From contig OX597818.1 of the NCBI GenBank assembly GCA_951406725.2, positions 21,452,001 to 21,516,000 of the forward strand: a stretch of 64,000 bases of DNA. The letters run 5' to 3'. Position numbers and translations under genes: made by a program. This DNA comes from Octopus vulgaris (taxonomy: Eukaryota). This document shows, in pieces, positions 38,918 to 50,987 of the stretch. Numbering within the stretch: position 1 is the stretch's first letter; every line of letters begins with the position of its first letter. The notes under the pieces are model-generated. The model saw only the letters and a list, made by a program, of their open reading frames with translations, did no database searches and had not been told where the DNA came from.

Positions 38918-41900
38918 CATCATCATCATCATCATTTAACGTCCGCTTTCCATGCTAGCATGGGTTGGACGGTTCAACTGGGGTCTGGGGAGCCCGAAAG
39001 CTGCACCAGTCCAGTCAGATCTGGCAGTGTTTCTACAGCTGGATGCCCTTCCTAACGCCAACCACTCCGAGAGTGTAGTGGGTGATTTTATGTGCCACCG
39101 ACAAAGGTGCCAGACGAGGCTGGCAAACGGCCACGCTCGGATGGTGTTTTTTATGTGCCACCGACACAGGTGCCAGACGAGGCTGGCAGACGGCCACGCT
39201 CGGATGGTGTTTTTATGTGCCACCGACACAGGTGCCAGATGAGGCTGGCAAACGGCCACGATCGGATGGTGTTTGTTACGTGCCCACAGCACGGAGGCCA
39301 GTCGATGCGATACTGGCTACGGCCACGTTCGGATGGTTTTCTTGTGTGCCACGTGCCACCGGCACTGGTACCACAAAGATACAAATTCCATTGATGTTCA
39401 TCTATTTTGATTTGTTTTGATTTTCACTTGCCTCAACAGGTCTTCACAAGTGTCACAAGAAGGAAGGTAAGCACAGGTGGACTGACTACGTCCCAGGTAA
39501 GGGCCACGGGTTATGGCCTGACTAGTCTTGCCGGGTCTTCGGATGGTGTTTTTATGTGCCACCGACATAGGTGCCATATGAGGCTGGCGAACGGCCACGA
39601 TCGGATGGTGTTTGTTACGTGCCCACAGCACGGAGGCCATTCGATGCGGTACTGGCTACGGCCACGTTCGGATGGTTTTCTTGTGTGCCACCGGCACTGG
39701 TACCACAAAGATACAAATTCCATTAATGTTCATCTATTTTGATTTGTTTTGATTTGATTTTATTTGATGTTGATTTTCACTTGCCTCAACAGGTCTTCAC
39801 AAGTGTCACAAGAAGGAAGGTATGCACAGGTGGACTGACTACGTCCCAGGTAGGGGCCACAGGTTATGGCCTGACTAGTCTTGCCGGGTCTTCGGATGGT
39901 GTTTTTATGTGCCACCGACATAGGTGCCAGATGAGGCTGGCGAACGGCCACGATCGGATGGTGTTTGTTACGTGCCCACAGCACGGAGGCCAGTCGGCGC
40001 GGTACTGGCTACGGCCACGTTCGGATGGTTTTCTTGTGTGCCACCGGCACTGGTACCAAGATACAAATTCCATTAATGTTCATCTATTTTGATTTGTTTT
40101 GATTTGATTTTGATTTTCACTTGCCTCAACAGGCCTTCACAAGTATCACAAGGAGGAAGGTATGCACAGGTGGACTGACTACGTCCCAGGTAGGGGCCAT
40201 GGGATATGGCCTGACTAGTCTTGCCGGGTCTTCGGATGGTGTTTTTATGTGCCACCGACACAGGTGCTAGATGAGGCTGGCGAACGGCCACGATCGGATG
40301 GTGTTTGTTATGTGCCCACAGCACGATGGCCAGTCGATGCGGTACTGACTACGGCCACGTTCGGATGGATTTCTTGTGTGCCACAGGCACTGGTACCACA
40401 AAGATACAAATTCCATTGATGTTCATCTATTTTGATTTGATTTGATTTTTTCACTTGCCTCAACAGGTCTTCACAAGTGTCACAAGAAGGAAGGTATGCA
40501 CAGGTGGACTGACTAGTCTTGCCGGGTCTTCGGAATGTGTTTTTATGTGCCACCGACACAGGTGCCAGATGAGGCTGGCGAACGGCGATGATCGGATGGT
40601 GTTTGTTACATGCCCACAGCACGGAGGCCAGTCGATGCGGAACTGGCTACGGCCACGTTCGGATGGTTTTCTTGTGTGCCACCGGCACTGGTACCACAAA
40701 GATATAGATTCCATTGATGTTCATCTATTTTGATTTGTTTTGATTTGATTTTGATTTTCACTTGCCTCAACAGGCCTTCACAAGTATCACAAGGAGGAAG
40801 GTATGCACAGGTGGACTGACTACGTCCCAGGTAGGGGCCATGGGTTATGGCCTGACTAGTCTTGCCGGGTCTTCGGATGGTGTTTTTATGTGCCACCGAC
40901 ACAGGTGCTAGATGAGGCTGGCGAACGGCCACGATCGGATGGTGTTTGTTATGTGTCCACAGCACGATGGCCAGTGATGCGGTACTCACTACGGCCACGT
41001 TCGGATGGATTCTTGTGTGCCACCGGCACTGGTACCACAAAGATACAAATTCCATTGATGTTCATCTATTTTGATTTGTTTTGATTTTCACTTGCCTCAA
41101 CAGGTCTTCACAAGTGTCACAAGAAGGAAGGTATGTACAGGTGGACTGACTACGTCCCAGGTAGGGGCCACGGGTTATGACCTGACTAGTCTTGCCGGGT
41201 CTTCGGATGGTGTTTTTATGTGCCACCGACACAGGTGCCATATGAGGCTGGCGAACGGCCACGATCGGATGGTGTTTGTCATGTTCCCACTGCACGGAGG
41301 CCAGTCGATGCGGTACTGGCTACGGCCACGTTCGGATGGTTTTCTTGTGTGCCACAGGCACTGGTACCACAAAGATACAAATTCCATTGATGTTCATCAA
41401 TTTTGATTTGTTTTGATTGATTTTCACTTGCCTCAGCAGGTCTTCACAAGTGTCACAAGAAGGAAGGTATGCACAGGTGGATCGACTACGTCCCAGGTAG
41501 GGGCCACGGGATATGGCCTGACTAGTTCTGCCGGGTCCTCTCATGCACAGCACACTTCCATAGGACTCGGTCTTTAGTCATTTCCTTGGTGAGACCTAAA
41601 GTTCGAAGGTCGTGCTTCACCACCTCGTCCCAGGTTTTCCTGGGTCTACCTCTTCCACAGGTTCCCTCAACTGCTAGGGTGTAGCACTTTTGCACACAAC
41701 TATCTTCAGCCATTCTCGTCACATGACCATACCAGCGCAGCCGTCTCTCTTGCACACCACAACTGACACTTCTTAGGTTCAACTTTTCTCTCAAAGTACT
41801 TACACTCTGACGATTATGAACACTGACATTACACATCCATCGGAGCATACTGGCTTCATTTCTTGCGAGCTTACGCATATCCTCAGCAGTCATGGCCCAT

Positions 41901-42385
41901 GTTTCACTACCATGTAGCATGGCTGTACGTACACACGCATCATATAGTCTGCCTTTTACTCTTAGCGAGAGGCCTTTTGTCACCAGCAGGGGTAAGAGCT
42001 CTCTAAACTTTGCCCAGGCTATTCTTACTCTAGCAGTTACACTTTCAGCACACCCACCCCCGCTACTGACTTGGTCTCCTAGGTAGCGGAAGCTATCAAC
42101 TACTTCTAGTTTGTCTCCTTGGAACGTGGTAGAAGTTGGTCTCTGCACATTTCCAGTGTTTATTGCTCCTGAGCATCTGCCACAGACAAAAACTATTTTC
42201 TTAGTTAGCCTTCCTTTGACATTGCTGCACCTCTTATGTGTCCATAGCTTACACTTGGTGCACCTTATAGAGTTTCTACCTACACCTTTTTTACAGATCG
42301 AGCAGGGCCATCTACCTGAAGTCGTTTGTGATTGGTCCACCTTCCTACTTATTAGGACTTTGGTTTTGGCTAGGTTGATTCTAAG

Positions 42386-42388
<3 letters not shown>
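38918..42388 (-). mobile_element. Young 5'-truncated RTE LINE with (ATG)n tail and a tandemly amplified 3' region, inserted in (TA)n
   Basis: Uninterrupted ORF 41522-42340+ with PHD-type finger, FRYLGD and RRLRWYGHV...RGRGRPRKTW motifs; 3' UTR core gttggcgttaggaagggcatcc; catcatcat tail at 38918-38935; (TA)n on both flanks. Confidence 0.93.
39240..41540 (-). repeat. Tandem array of 7 units (~300-350 bp) made of the last ~6 codons plus the 3' UTR
   Basis: Marker actagt(c/t)(t/c)tgccgggtc at 39521, 39874, 40214, 40512, 40855, 41185 and 41521. Confidence 0.95.
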
Positions 42389-42428
<40 letters not shown>

Positions 42429-42779
42429 GCAGCAGCAATGTTATACCCATTTGTTCAATTATGTTACCCTAAATCCCCAAATTCCGTCTCCTCATGTTCT
42501 GTCTTCGACCAGCCTAACTCTGGTCTCTCTCTCTCTCTGTTTCGTTCACCACTTTCTTCTCCCACCCCACCCCACCCACCCTATATAAACGAGCTCATTC
42601 AGATTCCCCTACTTCATATTTTAATACCTCACCACACGGAGTAGAAATCATGTAAACAAGATACCTGCTCCAAACTACAGCTTCAGGCACCCAGATACTT
42701 TCCCACCAGACCAGGCATGTATGGTTAACTCAGCCATTTAGGAGACTGAGATCATATCCATTCTGTTAAATAATGGAAC

Positions 42780-43510
42780 CAAAAAGTATTTTGAACTGTG
42801 TGAAAGTACTTCAAAAAAGCACAAAGGTAGCAAGCCATATCTGGAACCTGATGGACAGCTGTATATCACACACTATGCATCTTCTAAAAATGAAGCATCA
42901 TAGGCAGATCTAGAAAAAACATCAATGGGGCAAAATAAGTGCAGGTTCTCTACAGCTGAAAGAACACACATCCTTATTAGATCAAAGAACTGCATCAACC
43001 TTCTAAATTCAAGATTAGAAATTTTTCGAAGATGCATGCATTTTGACAAGTTTCTATCAAACTGGAAGATATCCCAACTTGCTGGCTTAGATACACAGTT
43101 TAATGCACTTTAGCACTTCCCTCATTTGACCATCTCCATTAAGCATAATTTTTTTTAGATGTAAATACTCAACAGTAACAATATTCTTCATTTAATAGGT
43201 TAAATGTTACTCCCCTTTTCCCTGAAAATGTTTCTTAACATTTTCTTTTTGTAATATTTTTCCTGATTTTTCTCACTTTTCCATACAGAGTAGCCATGCC
43301 ACTTGAGCCTGGAGTAGCCATGACATTTGAATCTGAAAAATTTTCCAGATCATGCACAGCATACTGTATAAGCCTGTCTGATTACTGAACTATCTGAGCA
43401 TGAAACTTGAGGTAGCTTAAGTATAACACTTGTATTCATTAAATGATATTTATCTCTTTTGGGATTGAGTACTTTTTTTGTTGAACATATCAACAAGCAA
43501 ACAGCCCACT
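42780..43510 (+). mobile_element. Penelope-like element remnant (GIY-YIG C-terminus and downstream pLTR-like region)
   Basis: STKVASHIWNL and CRFSTAERTHIL...LLNSRLEIFRRCMHFDKFL resemble the Penelope endonuclease tail (ST.LS.HIW.L; C.LC..EK..I...LN.R.E....C.H..KF). Confidence 0.65.
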
Positions 43511-44140
43511 CTACATATATGTACACAAGTAGAAAAAGAGAGTAAAATACAACCAGTCACAGTTAAAGATCAATAGATAAATAAACAAAACCATATATAT
43601 GGAGGGTGAGAGAAAGGGGGTAAGAAATAGAGAGAGGGCAGAGTATGGTGGTGGTGGTGTACAAAGTAAAGAAATAGAAAAATAGCATAAAAAAATTGGA
43701 AAGGTTACTGTCACTCAAGGAAGCAACTTATACCTCTAATCCAGCTTGTAATTACCATGAAAGAGATTTTAAAAAACTTCATGTAAAGAAAACCTTATTA
43801 TTGTACAGAGTAGTAGCAGTAGTAGTAGTTGTAAAAGTAGTGTGCAGGTGATAGAAGAAATGTAATGATAAAAACCTCACTTAAGTTCTCATTTGATTAC
43901 TTGTAAACCTTTCTCTAATGTCTATTTTCAAATTCTCGTGTGGGTTGGACGAAGCAGTAATGTATCACCTCTCCACACATTACATCTCTTGAATGTCATT
44001 TCACCTGCAAGTCTTAAAGTTTTCAGAGGTGACAAACCACTTGTGTATATGTGTGCATATGTGCATGCATGCACATGTGTAGGTGTGAAAAATAAAAGGA
44101 ATGAAATTTGCATGTGCAGTTATATTCATATCATGGTTTC

Positions 44141-44357
44141 ACACAAGTGTCCAGGTGGGTAACAGTAAATCTTAGTTGATGCAGAAGTAAAATCAGGAAT
44201 GGAAACTGAATGTGCATGATACATATATAATACCTCAATAATATGAATTCGTCTAACCCATGTTAGTATGGAAAAACAGATGTAAAGGAATGAATATATG
44301 TAGCCTTGTGGTGAGGGTATTGGGTTCATTACTGTGAGGGAGTCTTTTTGATTCATG
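44141..44357 (+). repeat. Copy 1 of a ~220-bp direct repeat (copy 2 at 46667-46890)
   Basis: Direct alignment of the two segments, roughly 85-90% identical by eye. Confidence 0.9.
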
Positions 44358-47300
44358 GACAAGGTAGTACATTGTGTGCTTGAGCAAGGTATAGTATTTC
44401 ATGTTGCTTCAGTCTGCTCAGGTGACAGTGAGCATTGTGCTAGTGCAGCTCTCTCACCTGTCACAACCATGATGTTTTGTTAGGTTTAAGAATAGCAGCG
44501 TGAGAGAGGGCATCTATGTCAGTGTGCAACTACGGAGGCACCTAAAACAATTAATGAAAGAGGCCAGCATGGGAAATGGACGTTAAATGATGATGATACA
44601 AGCTACTAGGTTATGTTAATATATATATATATGTTTACATTAGGAGTAATGAACAAAAGAAAATGTATTCAATACATGTTGTAAAACAATTCTTTTATTT
44701 GTTTGCAGTCTCTGTAAAGTAAATGAACAGAAAGAATGAATTTCAGATATAACCACATAAAACTATATTTATCAAATAGTAAGCTTCCAGGATATCTCAG
44801 TGTTTTAGCCCATGCAGAATGAGCCATTCCCATCAAACTTTACTATAAACAGTAGTCAACCTTGAGGGGTTGAAAATAGAGTGACTGGAACATATATGGA
44901 ATATGAAGTGAAAATATTTGTATTAAAAAAAAACCTGTCATACCAAGTTAGGGAAATACCTCCAAAGTGTTCTACTTAGAAAGGCATTAAATTAAATCCA
45001 TTAAAAAAACATAGGAGCAATTCATGTGGTAACTAAATGCACATGAATCTCTCAAGGCAAATCTTAATCCATTTAATTGGAGCATTTATTCAGCCAAATA
45101 AAACTCACCAAATGTTAGGTTAATCAAAGGCTTAAGTAATCAACAAGATAGACTAATCTTTGAAGTGAGTTAAACTTAATGACATTTGAGAGTTTTATGA
45201 CTTAATGTTATCACAAAGTGTAAGAAAAATATTGTTCTGTAGACAATGATGGATGCTTGCTATTCATGTACTGATTTTTGCTGTGGTTTTTCATTGTGCT
45301 CTTCATGACTGTAGATGAATTTGAACACACCTAGATGAATCAATTTTCAGTGAATCAGTACTCTACATATAATTTACATCCTTAATTAATACTAGACACC
45401 ATTTATGTTATAAATGGTGTTAAAAGTGTAATCTTTATGATCTGAGATTATCTATTATTGGAGTTTTATGGTGTTTATATTGTTTATTGATATACCACCT
45501 TTCTGTAGATGTAACTGCATTGCATAAATGCTGCATTTACTTTTCAGAACCAGATGATATTTCAGTTTCTGAATAACTATTTGGCTCAATACAGAGGGTT
45601 CAAATCTAACCTATACAGAAGTATGCCACACCAATTATAAATATACAACCTCCAGATAATATACCCACATATAGATCAGCTGTCTGATAAAATGTAAATA
45701 TTTTCTTAGCCGCTGGTACTTGACTCTGGTTTTATAGTCTGAAATAAATGAGAAACAAATTTGCTCTTGGGTAAGATGATAGTCTAGCTCAGTTAATATT
45801 CCCAAACCTAATATGAAAATGAAATGAACCCACTAAATCAGAAAGAGATTTTAAGAGCTATTGTGTAGCTAATTTCAAAAAACAAAGGAAATGGTAAAGA
45901 AACCTTTCCTTGGATAGAATGCTAGCCAAAGAAGGGGTGATTCATAGATGATCAGGGAGTACCTATTCCTAAAAGCTAAGCGAATTGAAGAAATATGGAA
46001 TAAAGTGTTCTGTTTAAAAAAAAAAGTCAACTGCCAGCAATGGATCTGAACTCACAGTTTCTGAACAGATGAGCTAAAATCTTATCCACTTGGCTATTTC
46101 ATTTCTGCAAGAATTTAAAGTGCACATTAACCCCATTTACACCTCCAGTTTTTGGAGTCCTATAATGTTTATGCAGACTGCTCCATTCCCCACACTAACT
46201 AAATAAGGCAAATGTATAATCATTAACAGCTGATAATCACCTTCTTTTGAATTGACCTAAACTAGTTTGAGGGAAGTCTGTTATTTTTGGCAGGTTAAGC
46301 AATTATGTAGAAGTTCCTTTGTTGGTTTGAGAAGTTCCTTCATTAGTGTTGGTCATCAGAGAGGGACAAATGGAAAATTGAATTATGGTTGAAAGTTTAC
46401 TATAAAGAAGTAAATGTCTTGGGTTTCAAGCAAAGCCTCTTCTTGGGATCAAGGTAGAGTCAATTCTTGGATGAGATGAGAATCCATTCTTCAATGAGAG
46501 GCAGAGCCCATCTGTAAATAAGAAGCAGAACACTTTGGATGGAGGCAGAACTTTTTGCTGTATGAATCACCTTCTTGAATGAAAGAGACTTCATCCCTGG
46601 ATGAGAAACAGAAACCCCATCCTTGAATGAATATACACAATGGGGTCTCCTGTATATTCGTTGGACACACAAGTGCCCAAGTGGTAACAGTAAATCTCAG
46701 TGGATGTGGAAGCAGAGGTAAAAACACGAATGGAAACTGAATGTACATGATGCATATATAATGCCTCAATAATATGAATTCATCTTACCCATGTTAGTAT
46801 GGAAAAACAAATGTAAAGAGAAATGAATATATGTAGCCTTGTGGTGAGGGTATTGGGGTCATTATTATGAGGGAGTCTTTTTGATTCATGAACTCCCTCA
46901 CAATAATGAACCCAATACCCTATTTATTAACAAACCTTAAATTTACTTTGTAAAAAAAAAATTGCCAGTGGTTGTACAAATTTTAGGTAAGCTTTGATTT
47001 CTAAACACAACGACTATACCATAACTTTGAATTGCAACTTTATGGGCAAAATTCCAAAGAAATTAAGCTTACATGGAAAGTCACTATGGGCTGAATCAAT
47101 AAGTTGCTGGACCTCTGACCAAAGAGTCAATATATATCCTGCTGTTGGAGTTCTACAGTGACCATGACCATATTCAAAAAACAATCTTTCATTTGTATAA
47201 TGTGAAATGGAGGAAATAATAATCTCTGCTTGGATAGGATAACAGTCCATTGCAGGAAACTTTATTAGAAGTTCTAGTACACCATTGACAGCTTGTTAGT

Positions 47301-47948
47301 AAAAATGAACTGAAGTGATTTAGTTAAATAATGTCACGTTCATCAGAGATAAAAATGAAGTGGTAGATTTGAACATGTGAATTATATCATGAGCCATCAC
47401 TACTCCAATAATGTATTGGTTCGGTTATATCACCTCTACAATATGCAACTGTGAAGTAGGTATAGCTCAATCTTTCATAACAGCAAATTTCATTTCCTTA
47501 CAGAGTAATGTCTGGACCTTATTCATTATAAACACACAGTGACATTGTGGCAGTGTTGGGTTTTCAACCAATTCCATCATCATGACACCAAAATATAATC
47601 TCAATAAAAATGAAAGCTTATTGCAGACATAAGCTGAAGTTATTAACAAAATAATATAAAAAAAAACAACAACTAAGAAACAAACAAGCAGAAAACACCC
47701 CTGCCCCAAATCCTGATCTAAACTGTAATGTAAAACTTGTCACTCGCTTCTGTATAAAACCAAATGCCAAGCACGTCCCATCATAACTTAATACAAGTTA
47801 CTATGTTACTGCAGCCTTGGTCGATAGAAAGCCTAGTCGTTAAATTGCAATGGATTTGATAGTGTAATCCAAGACAATTACAGAATATGACAACTAGAAA
47901 ATGTATCTTATATATCTGTATATGTGAATGATTATAGACATAGAATTA

Positions 47949-47983
<35 letters not shown>

Positions 47984-48582
47984 CCAACCATGTTTGTGAG
48001 TGTGCAAGTGTATATGTGTGTGTGTATGGCACTAATAATCTTAAGATTCTAATGGCAGAATTACTGAAGCAATGTTGGATATATTGATTTTCAGATTAGA
48101 GTGACATAATTATATGAATAGTTGTTGCTCATGGAAGCAGCGATCGTAAGGAAAGAAGAAAAGAAAGAAAAAGTGAACCCTGATAAAAGAAACCAACACA
48201 AAATGCATGTGTGTATTTCTCAGATTTTGTGTTGTGTGTAGGCATGGCTATATGGTTCAGAACTTTACTTCCAAACCATTTTAGTCTCACTCTGGGCCAC
48301 CAAAGTCTTGTGAGTGGATTTAGTAGACGAACACAGAAGGCTGGTTATGTGTGTCCATCCCATGCCAGCAAGGAAAATGGACATCAAATAATGACAATGT
48401 GTGTGTTTAAGTCACCTTGTGTTGATATTATGCAATGGTCATAAATGTGTGCCACCATCATACAAATAATATCCTTTATTTCCAATTTTCTGTGAAAAAA
48501 TGTTTGGCCATAGGGAAGTATTAACATGATTGGAAGCAAGTGAAGATTGGCAAAAATAGAAAAGTGGATGTTAAAAAAATGA

Positions 48583-48622
<40 letters not shown>

Positions 48623-48627
48623 TCATA

Positions 48628-48850
48628 TACAAGATAGGGGGCTGAAAAGTTCCTGGCTTTGGGTAAAAGAAAATACAGGAGGATCAATTAATGATTTTAT
48701 TAAACATATTCCCCTCTTAGATTCACACACTTATTGCAGTGGCCCTTCAGTTTTTTCATTCCTGTAAAAGAACTTGAAAGGTTGGGCCTCCATCCAGGCC
48801 TTTCACGATACCCTTAAAACCAGAAACTTTTCAGCACGCCCTTCTGTGTA
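48628..48850. mobile_element. Mariner-type MITE
   Basis: TA-bounded; ggggctgaaaagttcctggcttt and aaaaccagaaacttttcagcacgcc form inverted termini. Confidence 0.7.
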
Positions 48851-49036
48851 CATATATTTGCATGTGAATGAATGTCTGTATTTGTTTCACATCTACTGAA
48901 AACCACCATAATTCACTTGAGTATTTGCATGAGACCATGGTATGGATATAAATAGACACTTACCTATACAGGTACAAACACATTCTACATACTTTAATAT
49001 GCACTGGACACTCAAGTTTACTACATAAAAACACAT

Positions 49037-49081
<45 letters not shown>

Positions 49082-49090
49082 TATATAAAA

Positions 49091-49850
49091 TCATCATCAT
49101 TTAGTGTCTGTTGTCTATGCTGGCATGGGGTGGACGCTTTGACCAGGGCTGGCAAGCTGGAAGGCTGCATCAGACTCCAGTCTGATTTGGCATGGTTTCT
49201 ATGGCTGGATGCCCTTCCTAATGCCAATCACTCTGAGAGTGTAATTGATGCTTTTATGTGTCACCGGTATGGGTACCATCTGCATGACACCAGTATCTGC
49301 CATGACTGCGATTTTACTTGGCTTGATGGGTTTTCTTCTCAATCACAACATAATGCCAAAGGTCTCAGTCATTGCCTCTTTGAGGCTCAACACTCAAAAG
49401 TAGTTTTTCATGTGCCATCAGTATCAGCCACTTTGCCTCCATGAGGCCCAACACTTGAAAGGTGCTTTTTACATGCCACTGGCCTGGGTGCCAGTTATGT
49501 GACATCAGCATCAGCCATGACTACAATTTCACTTGGCTTAATGGGTCTTCTCAAGCACAGCATATTGCCAAAGATCTCGGTCACTAGTCATTGTCTCTGT
49601 GAGGCCCAAAGTTTGAAGATCATGCTTCACCATTTTGTACCATGTCTTCCTGGGTTTACCTCTACCAAAGGTTTCCTCCACAGTTAGAGATTGGCACTTC
49701 TTTACACAGCTGTCCTCATCCATATGCATCACATGACCATCCCCACACAGTCATCTCTTTTGTACACTACATCTGATGTCACTTATGCCCAACTTTTCTC
49801 TCAAGCTGCTTACATGCTATCAAACATGCATACTGACATTGCACATCCAT
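49091..49850 (-). mobile_element. 3' end of an older RTE subfamily, with duplicated ORF-end/UTR module
   Basis: MDEDSCVKKCQSLTVEETFGRGKPRKTW...LWQYAVLEKTH* is homologous to the 41522 ORF end; same UTR core and (ATG)n tail. Confidence 0.85.
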
Positions 49851-50304
49851 TGCCTTGCCTCACAAGTAGGTCAGTTTACCGTAACTTAAGGTTGTTCAAT
49901 TCAGTGGTAGCAACAAATGTAAAAATATAAACAAGCAAAGAGTACATTTTATGAATATGCTGTTGGAAAGTTTGGACTACTGGACGATAAAGAAAATAAC
50001 TTTTTCACAGGTATACATCTACAATGGTTGTCATGGTGTGTGTATAGAGATATTGATAGAAATGAGTAAACAAATTGTTCAATATAATGAGTTGAAAACT
50101 GATTAAATAAGATTAACTATGCAACTAGTAGACAAAAACTCCATATAGGGGCATTTAAAATTTAAAAACAGGCAAGAAAGACAACTCCAATAATATCAGT
50201 GAAATGAAATTTTGGAAACTAAGATAATGCTTTATAGGTCAAATGGTGAAAGCAACAGAGAAGTTTCAGTCTCATACATGAAACCCTACTGTATTTTGTA
50301 TGTA

Positions 50305-50987
50305 TTAGGTTGTTCTGAAAATAATGGTCGCTCTAAGCGTTGTATTTTGAAATGTAATTTTATCATAGTATTTTAATTATATTTTAGATGAATTTCAACA
50401 TACTTAATAACTGATGTATGCTCTTTAATAATTTTCTACTTATTTCAGATAGAAAACTTTCTTGAAGCATAGGTGCCCTTAATTATTAACATGACAGAAA
50501 AAGACCTTCGCTTACTTTTCTTGCATGAGTTCAAGCTTGGGCACAATGCCTCTCAAACTGCTGCCAATATCAATAGAGCATGGGGAGAGGGGTCCACAAG
50601 GGATCACACAGTATGAAGGTGGTTTCAGTAATTCTGTAGTGGTGAGGAGAGCCTTGAAGATGAAGACGGTAGAGGATAGTCATGCAGTCTTGACAATGAA
50701 CAACTGAAAGCAATTGTTGAACAAAATCCACGTTAAAGTATCTGAGAAATGTCTCAGGCATTTGGTGTCAGTAGTGCAACGGTCTCATGCAATCTGCAGA
50801 AGATTGGTAAGGTGAAAAAGCTTGATAAATAGGTACCACATGAGCTCAATGAAAATCAAAATGTTTGGCGTTGTGAAGTGTGCTCGATGCTCTTTCTGTG
50901 AAACACCAATGGTCCTTTTCTTGACCGAATAGTCACTTGTGACGAAAAGTGGTTCCTTTATGATAACCATAAACAATCAAGTCAATG
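50305..50987 (+). mobile_element. Mariner transposon, 5' half (TIR plus pseudogenised transposase from ATG 50491)
   Basis: TA|TTAGGTTG TIR start. Frame reads MTEKDLRLLFLHEFKLGHNA...*VPHEL...FLDRIVTCDEKWFLYDN with 7 stops and no frameshift; truncated by a SINE at ~50988. Confidence 0.9.

Noticed and set aside
39105-39260. HDV-like ribozyme (gccagcctcgtctggc resembles the HDV P3/L3 region)
   Set aside because: I find no P1 partner, no CC/GG P1.1 pair and no J4/2 catalytic-C segment; only a simple hairpin is supported.
39082-41540. CRISPR-like array
   Set aside because: Eukaryotic context, no unique spacers and no cas genes; whole units are repeated.
38936-41553. Cluster of 65-150 aa ORFs on both strands
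   Set aside because: They are translations of the GC-rich tandem UTR units; frames are not preserved between units and there is no protein homology.
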